Assembly (NCBI GenBank): GCA_964594535.1
Contig: CAZQNE010000006.1
Span: 19,496 to 83,495 of the forward strand
DNA from: an uncultured Lewinella sp.
Lineage (GTDB): Bacteria; Bacteroidota; Bacteroidia; Chitinophagales; Saprospiraceae
Direction of reading: 5' to 3'
Length of the DNA: 64,000 bases
Position 1 is the first letter of the stretch. Each line of letters opens with the position of its first letter. Shown piece after piece: positions 48,259 to 57,357 of this stretch. The notes under the pieces are model-generated. The model made no database searches and was not told where the DNA came from. It worked only from the letters and a program-made list of their open reading frames with translations. The translations under genes and the position numbers were made by a program.

Positions 48259-49677
48259 CTAGCGGGCGGCATCCCTGAGCACTTCCATCCGGCTACGCAG
48301 ACTATCGCGGTAGGTCGCGAAGTCAGCCTGCCCAGCTAGATTGTTACCTTCCAGCGGGTCGGCGCGCAGATCGTACACCTCCTCGTTGGGCGTCGGCTCG
48401 TCGTAGTAGCTGAGGTATTTATCCGTGAGTGAGATCACGCCCTCGGAACGGGGTATGGGCCAGAGCCGGTCGGATTCCTCGGCCAGCGTGCGCACGTCGA
48501 AGGGGTGCTCGTAGTAGAAATCTTGCCGCCAGTCGGCAACCTCTCCGCCGCGGACTAGGGGAAGTAGACTACGACCCTGCATCACCCCCGGCACCGTTAC
48601 CCCGGCGGCGTCCAGCACGGTGGGGGCCACGTCGATATTCAGGGCGATCTGCTCGGGGCGGTTGCCCCGTTCCATTCGGGGGTCGTAGTACAGCAGCGGC
48701 ACGCGCACGCTTTCGTTGTGGCCGAACCACTTCCCCGCCAGCCCGTGTTCGCCCAGGTAGAAGCCGTTATCCCCGATCAGTACGATGATGGTATTGTCGG
48801 CCATCCCCCGTTCTTCCAGGGCGGCGGTGATGCGCCCCACAGCGGCATCTACTCCACTGATGAGGCGGTAGTAGCCCTTCGTCATTTCCTGCCGCATTTT
48901 CTCGTTCGCGAACCGCAGTGTCCAGCGGCGGCGGGCCTCGGAGGTCTGCAGGAAGGGGTAAAGCCGGTCGAAGTAGGTCGGATAGGCCGTCTTCGGCCGG
49001 GGAATATCGATGTCAGTATACAGCCCGGCGTAGGCGGTATCGTAGATAAACTGCCGGGGGTCGACGTCCTGCACGTGCGGCGCCTTGAAGCTGACGGAGA
49101 GGTTAAAGGGCTGGCCCTGCGGCACCTCATCCAGGAAGGCGATCGAGCGCTCGGCCATCTGGCGGGTGAGGTGGCGGTAGTCCCCCACGCTGTCGGTCAG
49201 TTCGTACTTCCCCTGCCCGTTGAAGGCCAGCCAGCGGTCGAAGCGTTCCCGGGCTTTTTCTTCCTCGATCCAGCCCACGCCGTACTTGCCCACGAAGCCG
49301 GTGAAGTAGCCCGCCTCCCGCAACCGGGCCGGATAGGTCAGGGCGAAGGCACTGTCGCTAAAGTTGGTGCCGAAGTCGTGAATACCGTGCCGCAGGGCAT
49401 ACTGCCCGGATAGGATGCTCGCCCGGCTGATCGCGCAGATGGAGGTCGTCACGTAGGCATTCGCGAAGACCGTCCCCCGCTCGGCCAGACTATCCAGGTG
49501 GGGCGTATGTACGATCTCGTTACCCATGAAACCGGCGGCGTCCCAGCGTTGGTCGTCGGTGACCAGTACGATGATATTAGGTTTGGGCGCGGACGCAGGT
49601 GCCAGCTCGGTGGACGCGAAACGGGGCTGGCAACTGACAAAAACCAGGAAGCAAAGCAGGACGAGCGGGTAGCGCAT
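48259..49677 (-). CDS. S1 sulfatase, lipoprotein
   Basis: PNIIVLVTDDQR; CAISRASILSG (formylglycine Cys); GKY, DNG and GKW motifs; start moved to ATG 49677. Confidence 0.92.
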   Translation of the reverse strand: MRYPLVLLCFLVFVSCQPRFASTELAPASAPKPNIIVLVTDDQRWDAAGFMGNEIVHTPHLDSLAERGTVFANAYVTTSICAISRASILSGQYALRHGIHDFGTNFSDSAFALTYPARLREAGYFTGFVGKYGVGWIEEEKARERFDRWLAFNGQGKYELTDSVGDYRHLTRQMAERSIAFLDEVPQGQPFNLSVSFKAPHVQDVDPRQFIYDTAYAGLYTDIDIPRPKTAYPTYFDRLYPFLQTSEARRRWTLRFANEKMRQEMTKGYYRLISGVDAAVGRITAALEERGMADNTIIVLIGDNGFYLGEHGLAGKWFGHNESVRVPLLYYDPRMERGNRPEQIALNIDVAPTVLDAAGVTVPGVMQGRSLLPLVRGGEVADWRQDFYYEHPFDVRTLAEESDRLWPIPRSEGVISLTDKYLSYYDEPTPNEEVYDLRADPLEGNNLAGQADFATYRDSLRSRMEVLRDAAR

Positions 49678-49711
49678 GGCTAAACTTACCGCTTTCGCAC
49701 GAAGTGCCCCT

Positions 49712-50629
49712 TCACCGGCCCGCCAAAAACTCCTGGATCGCTTCCCGGGTCGGGGCGGAGGGCTGGGCCCCAAGTACGGTGACGGCCAGGGCGGCGGCGG
49801 CACTGGCGAACCGCAGGGCCTCGGTAACGGACTTCCCCTCGGAAAGGGCAACGGCCAGGCTGCCGCAGTACACGTCCCCGGCAGCGGTAGCATCGATGGC
49901 CTTCACCGGGAAGGCTTCCTGAACGTGCACCCCCCCGGAATCAGCCAGCAGCGAACCGCCTTCGCCCAGCGTGACTACCGCCACCGGGCAGCCCAGTTCC
50001 AACAGCCGCCGGGCGGCGCGTTCGGCGGAGGGGCGGTCGTTGACGGGAATGTCCGTCAGGGAGGTGGCCTCCGTTTCGTTCGCGACGATGATCGGCCCGT
50101 AGCGCATGAGTTCCGCAGGGAAATCGATGGCCGGGGCGAAATTGTACAGAATGGGAACGCCGGCCGCGTGGGCCAGCTCCATGGCCCGGGATATGGAGGG
50201 CAGGGGAATTTCGTTCTGCACCACCAGCATATCGGCCCCTTCGATGGCCGTTCTGGCGGCGGTCACGCGCTCCGGAGTCAGGCGGTAATTCGCTCCCGGT
50301 GCCACGGAGAGGTAATTGTTGCCGTCCCCGCCGATCATCACCAGGGCGTGCCCGCTGGCGATCCCCTCCTCCTGGTAGACGTAGGTCGTATCGATCCCGT
50401 CCGCCCGGTAATTGTCCACCATTCGGTCCGTGTAGGCATCGTCGCCGACAGCATTCACGAAGGTGACCGCCCCCCGCGCCCGCGCCGCCGCTACGGCCTG
50501 GTTGGCCCCCTTGCCTCCGTACACCTGGACGAACTCACCGTTGGTGACGGTTTCGCCCAGTCGGGGCAGGCGGGGCATCTTCATGATGAGGTCGACGTTG
50601 GAGCTACCCACCACCGTAATTTTTGCCAT
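49712..50629 (-). CDS. rbsK: ribokinase (PfkB family; possibly deoxyribokinase)
   Basis: GSSNVD, GGKGANQAVA, QNEI, NETEA and DATAAGD motifs. Confidence 0.9.
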   Translation of the reverse strand: MAKITVVGSSNVDLIMKMPRLPRLGETVTNGEFVQVYGGKGANQAVAAARARGAVTFVNAVGDDAYTDRMVDNYRADGIDTTYVYQEEGIASGHALVMIGGDGNNYLSVAPGANYRLTPERVTAARTAIEGADMLVVQNEIPLPSISRAMELAHAAGVPILYNFAPAIDFPAELMRYGPIIVANETEATSLTDIPVNDRPSAERAARRLLELGCPVAVVTLGEGGSLLADSGGVHVQEAFPVKAIDATAAGDVYCGSLAVALSEGKSVTEALRFASAAAALAVTVLGAQPSAPTREAIQEFLAGR

Positions 50630-50631
50630 AC

Positions 50632-51639
50632 CTACACGTAGTTACGGGCCGCCACGATCAGCACCAGCCCCAGAATGAAAAAGACGAACATACCGGTCAG
50701 CAGTCCGCTGGTTTCCCGCTTCGCCGCCGCGAACTCCTTCCACACGAACACCCCCCAGAAGGCCGCGATCATCGTAGCCCCCTGCCCGAGCCCGTAGCTG
50801 ATGGCCGGCCCCGCCGTTCCCGATGCGATGAGGTTGAACTCCATGGCGGCGCACCAGATGACCCCACCCATGATTCCGATGAGATGAACCTTCGTCGTAC
50901 CCCGGCGGAAGTAATCACCGTAGCTCACCGCCCCGCCCTGGATGGGCCGGTACATGAAGTAGGTATTGAATACGAAGTTGGACAAAAAGATGCCCACCGT
51001 AAACACGAGCATGGCCGAATAGGGCGTCAGCTGCCCCGCCTGGGGCGTCACGAAGTCGTCGGCCATGGCATCGGCCACGAAGCGGTAGAAAAACCCCATC
51101 AGCACCCCGGCAACGACCGAAATCAGAATACCCTTCCCCTTCGTCTGCTCTTCATCGACGGGCAGTTTGGCGTAGGCGCGGGCGTTCAGGAGCAGGGCGA
51201 CCACCACCAGGAGGGTGCCCCCGAAGAGCAGGTAGGGGTTGCCGAGCGGTTCGCCGATGTAGTTCACGACCACCCCGATGACGAGCGCCAGGCCCACCGC
51301 GATCGGAAAAGCGACCGACATGCCCGCGATAGCCGTAGCCGCCACGACCAGCAAGTTAGCGATATTGAAGACCACCCCGCCCAGGAAGGCACTGCCCAGG
51401 GCGGTGGCATCGGCTTGCCCCAGATCGGTGAGAAAACTTCGCCCCCCCTGCCCCGCGCTTCCCAGGGTAAAGCCGAACAGCAGGGTGGTAAGGATCAGCC
51501 CGATGGAGTAGTCCCAGTAATACAACGGAAACTCCCACCGCTTCGGACTCAACTTAAGGGTATTGGCCCAGGAGCCCCAGCCCAGCATGGTGATGAAGCA
51601 GAAGACGATGGCCAGGGAGTAGGATTCGACGATGTACAT
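50632..51639 (-). CDS. GRP family (glucose/ribose porter) sugar transporter
   Basis: 10 TM segments; GWGSWAN and SYGLGQGATMIAAFWGVFVWKEF motifs. Confidence 0.85.
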   Translation of the reverse strand: MYIVESYSLAIVFCFITMLGWGSWANTLKLSPKRWEFPLYYWDYSIGLILTTLLFGFTLGSAGQGGRSFLTDLGQADATALGSAFLGGVVFNIANLLVVAATAIAGMSVAFPIAVGLALVIGVVVNYIGEPLGNPYLLFGGTLLVVVALLLNARAYAKLPVDEEQTKGKGILISVVAGVLMGFFYRFVADAMADDFVTPQAGQLTPYSAMLVFTVGIFLSNFVFNTYFMYRPIQGGAVSYGDYFRRGTTKVHLIGIMGGVIWCAAMEFNLIASGTAGPAISYGLGQGATMIAAFWGVFVWKEFAAAKRETSGLLTGMFVFFILGLVLIVAARNYV

Positions 51640-51640
51640 A

Positions 51641-52357
51641 CTAGCCGAAGCGTTTTTTGGCCTCCTCCAGTATGCTCACCGTAGCCGTAGCACCGCAGCG
51701 TTTGCAGCCTACTTCCCTTACCATCAGTAGTTTGTCGAGGTCGCGCACCGCCCCGGAAGCCTTCACCTGCGTCCCCGCCCCGGTACTGGCCACCATCAGT
51801 TCCAGGTTTTCGCGGGTAGCGCCGACGTAGCTGTACTTACCGTCTTCCCCCTTACTGAAGCCGAATCCGGTCGAGGTTTTGACGTATTCCGCCCCCACCT
51901 CCGTGCATATCTCACAGAGCTTTCGGATGTGGTCGGGTCGGTCGACGTAGTCCGTCTCGAAGATGATCTTCAGGCTGGCCCCGTGTGCCGTGCACGCTTT
52001 TTTGACGGCTCCGATTTCTTCCCGCAGGTAGTCCCAGTCTTCCTCCAGTGCCCGGGCGATATTGATGACCATATCGATCTCCTGGGCACCGTTGCGGCAG
52101 GCATCCTCGGTTTCGTATACCTTGACGGGAATGGTCTGTATACCGGCCGGAAAACCGACTACGCAGCCCACCCTTACGTCGGAATCGGCGAGTTGCTCCC
52201 GGGCCGAGGCCACCATGTAGGGCTTGACGCACACGCTGGCTACCCCGTAGCGGCGGGCTTCGTCGCAGGTTTGCCTGAGGTCTTCCTCCCCCAGTTTGGG
52301 GTGCAGAATGGTGTGGTCGATCAGTTGCGCCAGTTCGGCTACGGTGGGGGTATCCAT
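51641..52357 (-). CDS. deoC: deoxyribose-phosphate aldolase
   Basis: IDHTILHP, EIDMVIN, LKIIFET, VKTSTGF and VKASG motifs. Confidence 0.95.
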   Translation of the reverse strand: MDTPTVAELAQLIDHTILHPKLGEEDLRQTCDEARRYGVASVCVKPYMVASAREQLADSDVRVGCVVGFPAGIQTIPVKVYETEDACRNGAQEIDMVINIARALEEDWDYLREEIGAVKKACTAHGASLKIIFETDYVDRPDHIRKLCEICTEVGAEYVKTSTGFGFSKGEDGKYSYVGATRENLELMVASTGAGTQVKASGAVRDLDKLLMVREVGCKRCGATATVSILEEAKKRFG

Positions 52358-52389
52358 GGTCTAGGGTAGTGTGTTGGGATAGGGAGGCA

Positions 52390-54213
52390 TCAGCCGAAGG
52401 TAGCTTTCCACTGCAAAAGTCCGGTAATGAAGCCCGCACTGTGGGGGATCCAGTCCTCGTCGGTGAAGGAAGACGGGGCATCCACGGCCCTGGTGGGCAT
52501 AATCTCCATTTTGAATTGCTCCCCCACCGAAAAGCCGTTGCATACCACTCCCTTCGTCTGAAACCAGGTACCCGCCCACCGCTGCCCCACCCGACAGATC
52601 ATGCTGGCCGGCCAGGCGATGCCCTCCGGCACTTCGGTGGTATAAATCACGCTTCCCTCCGCGATATTTTCGTTGGTGATGCCCGCGTTAAGTCCGGCGA
52701 TCCACTGCAGGTTACCCGCGGCGATGTGGCGCAGCTCCTCGTGGCCGAACAGCCGGTACAGTCTACAGGCCAGGGCCGCCGTGTAGCCGTAGATCGAGTT
52801 GGTGCCGTGGAACGGCCCGACGAACCAGAGCGGCCCCTCCTCCCCGAAGACGCCCAGGGGGACCAGGTAGAAGGGGTTCAGCTTACAGGTCGGAATCAAA
52901 AAACCCTCCGTAAACTGCCGCAGCGTAGCCTTCCAGACGGGGGCTTCGGCGTGGTCGGGGAAGAGCTCCAGCAACTCGCACAGCGGGACGAGGTAGTTCG
53001 GAAACAGCGCCCCGATGTCGGTCCCGAAGCGCTTTTCGCCGGTAGCAAGAATGGAATGGGTCCAGGATTTCTGGCTGTGGGGGGCGCCGGGGTATTCGAT
53101 AAAGTGGCCGTAGTAGCCGTTCTCGGCCCCCGCCTCCGTGATCTGCCGCTGGTTGATCTGGCGGGCGTAGTCGATGCTCAGTTGTTTGTAGCGGTCCTCT
53201 CCGCTCTGCTTGTACTTTTCCAGGCAGGCCCAGCAGAAGAAATTGAGGTCGCGGGTGGGCCATTCGTCGCCCGGGATGGGGGCATCGTCGGCCAGTCCGC
53301 GCTGCCGCCGGGCCAGGCCCTGATCGCCAATGGGGCGGGCTACCCGGAGCAGGTAGTCCAGACCGCGGTCGGCTACCTCCAGGTAGCTACGCTTCTGGTC
53401 GGCGAAAGTAGCGGGCAGGGCCGCGGCGGCTTTGTAGAGGGCCACGACCGCCTTGACCGTATCGTTGGGCAGGGCGTACTCTTCGTGGCCGATCACGTCG
53501 TGCACCATCGAGCCGGGGGGGTTGCCGAGTTCGCTCGATTTTCGGGCGGTCAGTACCAGGTAGTCGGCGCCGACCACTAGTTGGGTATACAGCTGTTGGA
53601 GGTAATCGTTATCCCCCCCCCGCTGCACCTGCGCTACGTCGCCCAGACACATCACCATCGCGCTCTGGGCCGGTGACTCCACCCACAGCGCCCCGGCGTC
53701 CTGCCAGCCACTGCCCACCTTGGTGAAGTAGCTCCTTTTGCGCAGCATATCGACCGTTGCCCAGTAGTAGGTTTCTTCCCACAGTACGTCCGGGGCAACG
53801 CGCAGTCCGCCCTCCCGGAACACTACCCTTCCGTCGTCTTCGGCCTCAACGGCCCACTTTCCTTCCTCGGCTATCCTGCCGAAATCAGCCACCCACCAGT
53901 GAGTGTGCCAGCATTCGCCCCAGTAGGTAAGTCGCGTCCGGTAACGCCGCTGTCCCCGATCGGGTAAGAGGGCGCAACTTGCCTTGTCGCTCAGACTATC
54001 GGCGGCCGGCGCGCGCACGATCACCCGTACGGGATGGTGGGTAGGATAGCCCACCTGACTGAACAGTAGGCCGCTGTGGCCGTCCTGCTCCCCCTTCCGC
54101 AAGTCCGTGTACACCGGATCGGTAGCCGTAGCAGGGGGGGCCGCGTTTAGTCCGGCCAGTCCCGGCAGTAGCAGGGAGGAACGCAGGAAATCCCGACGCT
54201 TGGTGGTAGCCAT
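52390..54213 (-). CDS. Tat-exported uncharacterised protein, GH9-like Ig domain plus probable (alpha/alpha)6 barrel
   Basis: KRRDFLR Tat signal; FSQVGY...VRVIVR and GWQDAG segments resemble GH9; helical repeats. Confidence 0.6.
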   Translation of the reverse strand: MATTKRRDFLRSSLLLPGLAGLNAAPPATATDPVYTDLRKGEQDGHSGLLFSQVGYPTHHPVRVIVRAPAADSLSDKASCALLPDRGQRRYRTRLTYWGECWHTHWWVADFGRIAEEGKWAVEAEDDGRVVFREGGLRVAPDVLWEETYYWATVDMLRKRSYFTKVGSGWQDAGALWVESPAQSAMVMCLGDVAQVQRGGDNDYLQQLYTQLVVGADYLVLTARKSSELGNPPGSMVHDVIGHEEYALPNDTVKAVVALYKAAAALPATFADQKRSYLEVADRGLDYLLRVARPIGDQGLARRQRGLADDAPIPGDEWPTRDLNFFCWACLEKYKQSGEDRYKQLSIDYARQINQRQITEAGAENGYYGHFIEYPGAPHSQKSWTHSILATGEKRFGTDIGALFPNYLVPLCELLELFPDHAEAPVWKATLRQFTEGFLIPTCKLNPFYLVPLGVFGEEGPLWFVGPFHGTNSIYGYTAALACRLYRLFGHEELRHIAAGNLQWIAGLNAGITNENIAEGSVIYTTEVPEGIAWPASMICRVGQRWAGTWFQTKGVVCNGFSVGEQFKMEIMPTRAVDAPSSFTDEDWIPHSAGFITGLLQWKATFG

Positions 54214-54332
54214 GGCGCTAAATGTAGGGCTTTTGCGGAAGGGGCGGCGGCGCGCGGGTGCCGGCGGAACGGGGAAGCAATAGGTTTGCTAATTCCAACG
54301 GACTGGTCGTAGCCGTTCCGTATGTTTACGGC

Positions 54333-55220
54333 ATGCGTTCCCTACTGCTGTTGCTCGTCTTACTGCCCGCCCTGGTGAGCGGGCAAACCCGCCTGATCCT
54401 CGATGCCGATACCGCCAATGAGGTGGACGACCCCTTTGCGATCATTCGACTGCTGCTCGACCCCGCCGTGGAAGTGACGGCGCTCAACGCCACCCAGTGG
54501 GAGGCCAGCCACTACCGCGTGCCCCAGACCATGATGATGAGCCAGCGGATGAACAACGCTCTGCTCGCCTACCTGGAAATCGACGACGTACCCAGCCTGA
54601 AGGGAGGCACGGACCGGATGTACGACTGGGGCGATCTGGCCCAGCCCTCCGCCGCCAGCAACAATATCATTCGGCAGGCGCAGGCTCTTCCCGAGGGGGA
54701 GCGACTGACCATCATTGCCCTGGGTGCCCTGACCAACGTAGGCTCGGCTATCGTACAGGAGCCCGCGATCGCCGACCGTATCGACCTGTACTGGCTGGGC
54801 TCCCAGTATGATTTTACGGAGCGGATCATGACCAAGCGCGACTTTAACGTCGTCATGGACATTCAGGCGCTGGAAGAGGTACTGAACAGCAACATCAACC
54901 TCCACGTGCTACCCGTCAGCGAGGCCAATGCCCTGACCTTCACCCGGGAGGAGGTAGCGGAACACCTCCCCCCCGACCATCCCGTTACCGGCTTTCTCCT
55001 GCGCCTGTGGGACGACCACGTCGATGGCGGCCGGCTCGAGCGCGTGCTGTGGGACATCGGCATCGTGGAGGCTTTTCTGCGCCCCGGGCTGTTCACCGCC
55101 GAGGAGGTGCCCCTGCCCCGGGCGAACGGCAGTCGGATGGTTACCTACTTCCGGGATATCGACGTACCGGTCCTGAAGGAGGACTACTGGCGGGCGGTGG
55201 TTGAGGGGCTGAGGGACTGA
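54333..55220 (+). CDS. secreted nucleoside hydrolase (IU/IAG-NH family)
   Basis: DADTANEVDD Asp cluster; LGALTN, DFN and LWD motifs; signal peptide from ATG 54333. Confidence 0.9.
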   Translation: MRSLLLLLVLLPALVSGQTRLILDADTANEVDDPFAIIRLLLDPAVEVTALNATQWEASHYRVPQTMMMSQRMNNALLAYLEIDDVPSLKGGTDRMYDWGDLAQPSAASNNIIRQAQALPEGERLTIIALGALTNVGSAIVQEPAIADRIDLYWLGSQYDFTERIMTKRDFNVVMDIQALEEVLNSNINLHVLPVSEANALTFTREEVAEHLPPDHPVTGFLLRLWDDHVDGGRLERVLWDIGIVEAFLRPGLFTAEEVPLPRANGSRMVTYFRDIDVPVLKEDYWRAVVEGLRD

Positions 55221-55250
55221 GGGGGTGAAGGGCTGAGGGGTTGGGGGACT
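55203..55250 (+). repeat. six-unit degenerate octamer tandem repeat
   Basis: GAGGGGCT GAGGGACT GAGGGGGT GAAGGGCT GAGGGGTT GGGGGACT. Confidence 0.8.
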
Positions 55251-55263
55251 GAATCGATATACT

Positions 55264-55770
55264 ATGAAAGTGCAACTAAAGAAGGCGGACATCACCACCC
55301 TTTCCGTCGACGCTATCGTCAATGCCGCCAATTCCTCCCTCCTCGGCGGCGGCGGGGTGGACGGGGCCATCCACCGGGCGGGCGGGCCGGCAATTCTGGC
55401 GGAGTGCCGTCAGATCCGCAACCGGCAGGGGGGCTGCAAAACCGGGGAAGCAGTCATCACCACCGCCGGTCGCATGCCGGCCCGGTACGTCATTCATACC
55501 GTCGGTCCCGTATGGCGGGGCGGCAGTAACGGCGAAGCCGAACTACTGCGATCGTGTTACGAAAAGAGCCTTCAACTAGCGGAAGACCACGAGTTGACTT
55601 CCGTCGCCTTTCCGAACATCAGTACGGGTATTTACGGCTTTCCGAAAGAGCGGGCGGCGGAAATCGCCGTGGAGGCGGTGCGGAACCACCACCCTTCGCA
55701 GGTACGGGAGGTCTACTTCGTTTGTTTTGATGCGGAAAACCACCGTTTGTACAGCTCGCTTTTGGATTGA
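55264..55770 (+). CDS. ymdB: macro-domain O-acetyl-ADP-ribose deacetylase (YmdB-like)
   Basis: [29 protein letters not shown] and [13 protein letters not shown] motifs. Confidence 0.92.
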   Translation: MKVQLKKADITTLSVDAIVNAANSSLLGGGGVDGAIHRAGGPAILAECRQIRNRQGGCKTGEAVITTAGRMPARYVIHTVGPVWRGGSNGEAELLRSCYEKSLQLAEDHELTSVAFPNISTGIYGFPKERAAEIAVEAVRNHHPSQVREVYFVCFDAENHRLYSSLLD

Positions 55771-55946
55771 TTGCGTTGGACGGAGGGCACCTGCGCTCCG
55801 CCGCCCTGAGTACGACGTGGATTTGGTGCGCACCGGTAAGCTGCGGCCCGTAGTTGCGCGGCTAGGTGTGCGGTAGTTTACGTCTTGGCGGTTGGTGTAG
55901 TATCGGTGGGACTGGTCACGTGGCACTGCTGCGTGTACCCGGCGCT

Positions 55947-55998
55947 CGCAACTACAAGTTGCGGCGTCCTGTCGCGAATGCAATTCGCGTTGTACTAC
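55947..55998. repeat. tandem short palindromes (REP-like) between convergent genes
   Basis: CGCAACT-ACA-AGTTGCG and CGCGAAT-GCA-ATTCGCG; GTAG on the minus strand right after the helicase stop. Confidence 0.5.
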
Positions 55999-57291
55999 TT
56001 ACCGCCGGCTCTCGTAAAACTGCACTACCTCCGGATCGACCATTACGTCACGCAGCCGCAGGGGCTGCCGCAGTACGATCCCCTCCAGGGTACGGCAGCG
56101 ACTGAGGGCAACGTAGGTCTGTCCGTGCTCGAAGGCCCCCGAGCGGCCCAGGTCGACGACGATCTTGTCGAAGGTCTTGCCCTGGCTCTTGTGGATGGTC
56201 ACCGCCCAGGCCAGGCGCACGGGGAGTTGGCGGTAGGTACCCAGGGTTTCGGTGGCGATCTTGCGCAGGTCGCTGCCGTCGGCCGTGTAGCGGATGATGT
56301 CCCACTCGTGGTACTCGACTTCTACCTCGCTGGGCTTGCCGTTCTCCACGATTTCGATACGGACCGATTCCGGTTTACACTCCAGTATCGTGCCGATGGT
56401 GCCGTTGACGTAGCGGCGATCGGGGTCGTTGCGTAGCGTCATGACCTGAGCGCCGACCTTGAGTTTGAGGATCTGGGGGACGGGGAAGAGCTTTTCGGGA
56501 AAGTTGCCCTTCACCTCGGCGAAGTAAAGTTGTTCGGGGGCAGCGAGCCCGGCCAGGGCGTTACCGTTGATGCGGGTTACGGTGGCGTTACGGGCGGCTA
56601 GCGTGAGGTAATTCTCCCCCTCCGGCGGTACGAAGTCGGCCTGGTAGCGAGCGTTGAGGTCGGCGAGTTCGTCGCGGTCGACGGTAGCGTTGCGGATACT
56701 TTCGAGCAGGCGGAGGAAGTAGCGGCTGTCCTGGCGGTAGACCTTACTCAGTTCGATCATTTCCAGGTCGATGTGATCGAGGGCATCGGCGCTGAAGAAG
56801 TAGGGGCTGGCGTAGCGTAGGCTGAAAAACTCCCGCTCCGTCTGGCTACTCACTACGGGCGGCAACTGAAACAGATCGCCGAACAGGATCAACTGTACCC
56901 CCCCGAAGGGCTTACCGCTGCCGCGGTTGAGCTGAAGCCCGTAGTTGATCGCCTCCATCACGTCGGCGCGGACCATGCTGATCTCGTCGATGACCAGCGT
57001 TTCCAGGTTCATGAACACGCGCTTGTTGCGCCGGTTGGGCCGCACGTCCTTCGACTGTAATAGGCGCGGGGGAAAGTTGAAGAAGCTGTGGATGGTTTGC
57101 CCGCCGACGTTCAGGGCGGCGACTCCGGTGGGGGCCAGTACCACCACGTTCTTGCGGGTGCTACGCTTGAAGATTTGCAGGAGGGTCGACTTGCCGGTCC
57201 CCGCCCGCCCGGTGATGAACAAGTGGTCGCCGGACTCCATGCGCTCCAGGGCGTAGTTGAATTCGGTGCTCAGTTTGAGGGCTTCGGGCAT
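55999..57291 (-). CDS. Pif1/RecD-like SF1B helicase
   Basis: GRAGTGKST, APTGVAA, IDEISM, GDLFQLPPV, WAVTIHKSQG and YVALSR motifs. Confidence 0.92.
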   Translation of the reverse strand: MPEALKLSTEFNYALERMESGDHLFITGRAGTGKSTLLQIFKRSTRKNVVVLAPTGVAALNVGGQTIHSFFNFPPRLLQSKDVRPNRRNKRVFMNLETLVIDEISMVRADVMEAINYGLQLNRGSGKPFGGVQLILFGDLFQLPPVVSSQTEREFFSLRYASPYFFSADALDHIDLEMIELSKVYRQDSRYFLRLLESIRNATVDRDELADLNARYQADFVPPEGENYLTLAARNATVTRINGNALAGLAAPEQLYFAEVKGNFPEKLFPVPQILKLKVGAQVMTLRNDPDRRYVNGTIGTILECKPESVRIEIVENGKPSEVEVEYHEWDIIRYTADGSDLRKIATETLGTYRQLPVRLAWAVTIHKSQGKTFDKIVVDLGRSGAFEHGQTYVALSRCRTLEGIVLRQPLRLRDVMVDPEVVQFYESRR

Positions 57292-57296
57292 GGGGG

Positions 57297-57304
57297 CGAA
57301 GGTA
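57297..57304 (-). promoter_or_regulatory. -7-like box (TACCTTCG) 5 nt before the Pif1-like ATG
   Basis: Same motif and spacing. Confidence 0.45.
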
Positions 57305-57357
57305 GGTCAATCCGGAACGTACTCCACCGGTATACCTTTACGAAAAAACCTACCGTC

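Noticed and set aside
49678-49893. Pro-rich 72-aa N-terminal extension of the sulfatase (similarly the upstream extensions at 7300, 37420, 43982 and 54258)
   Set aside because: It overlaps rbsK or intergenic DNA; the downstream ATG gives a proper signal peptide/lipobox or family start
57088-57357. Long N-terminal extension of the IYD ORF
   Set aside because: It overlaps the Pif1 gene antisense; homology starts after ~57358, and TACCTTTA (57333) lies just upstream of that start
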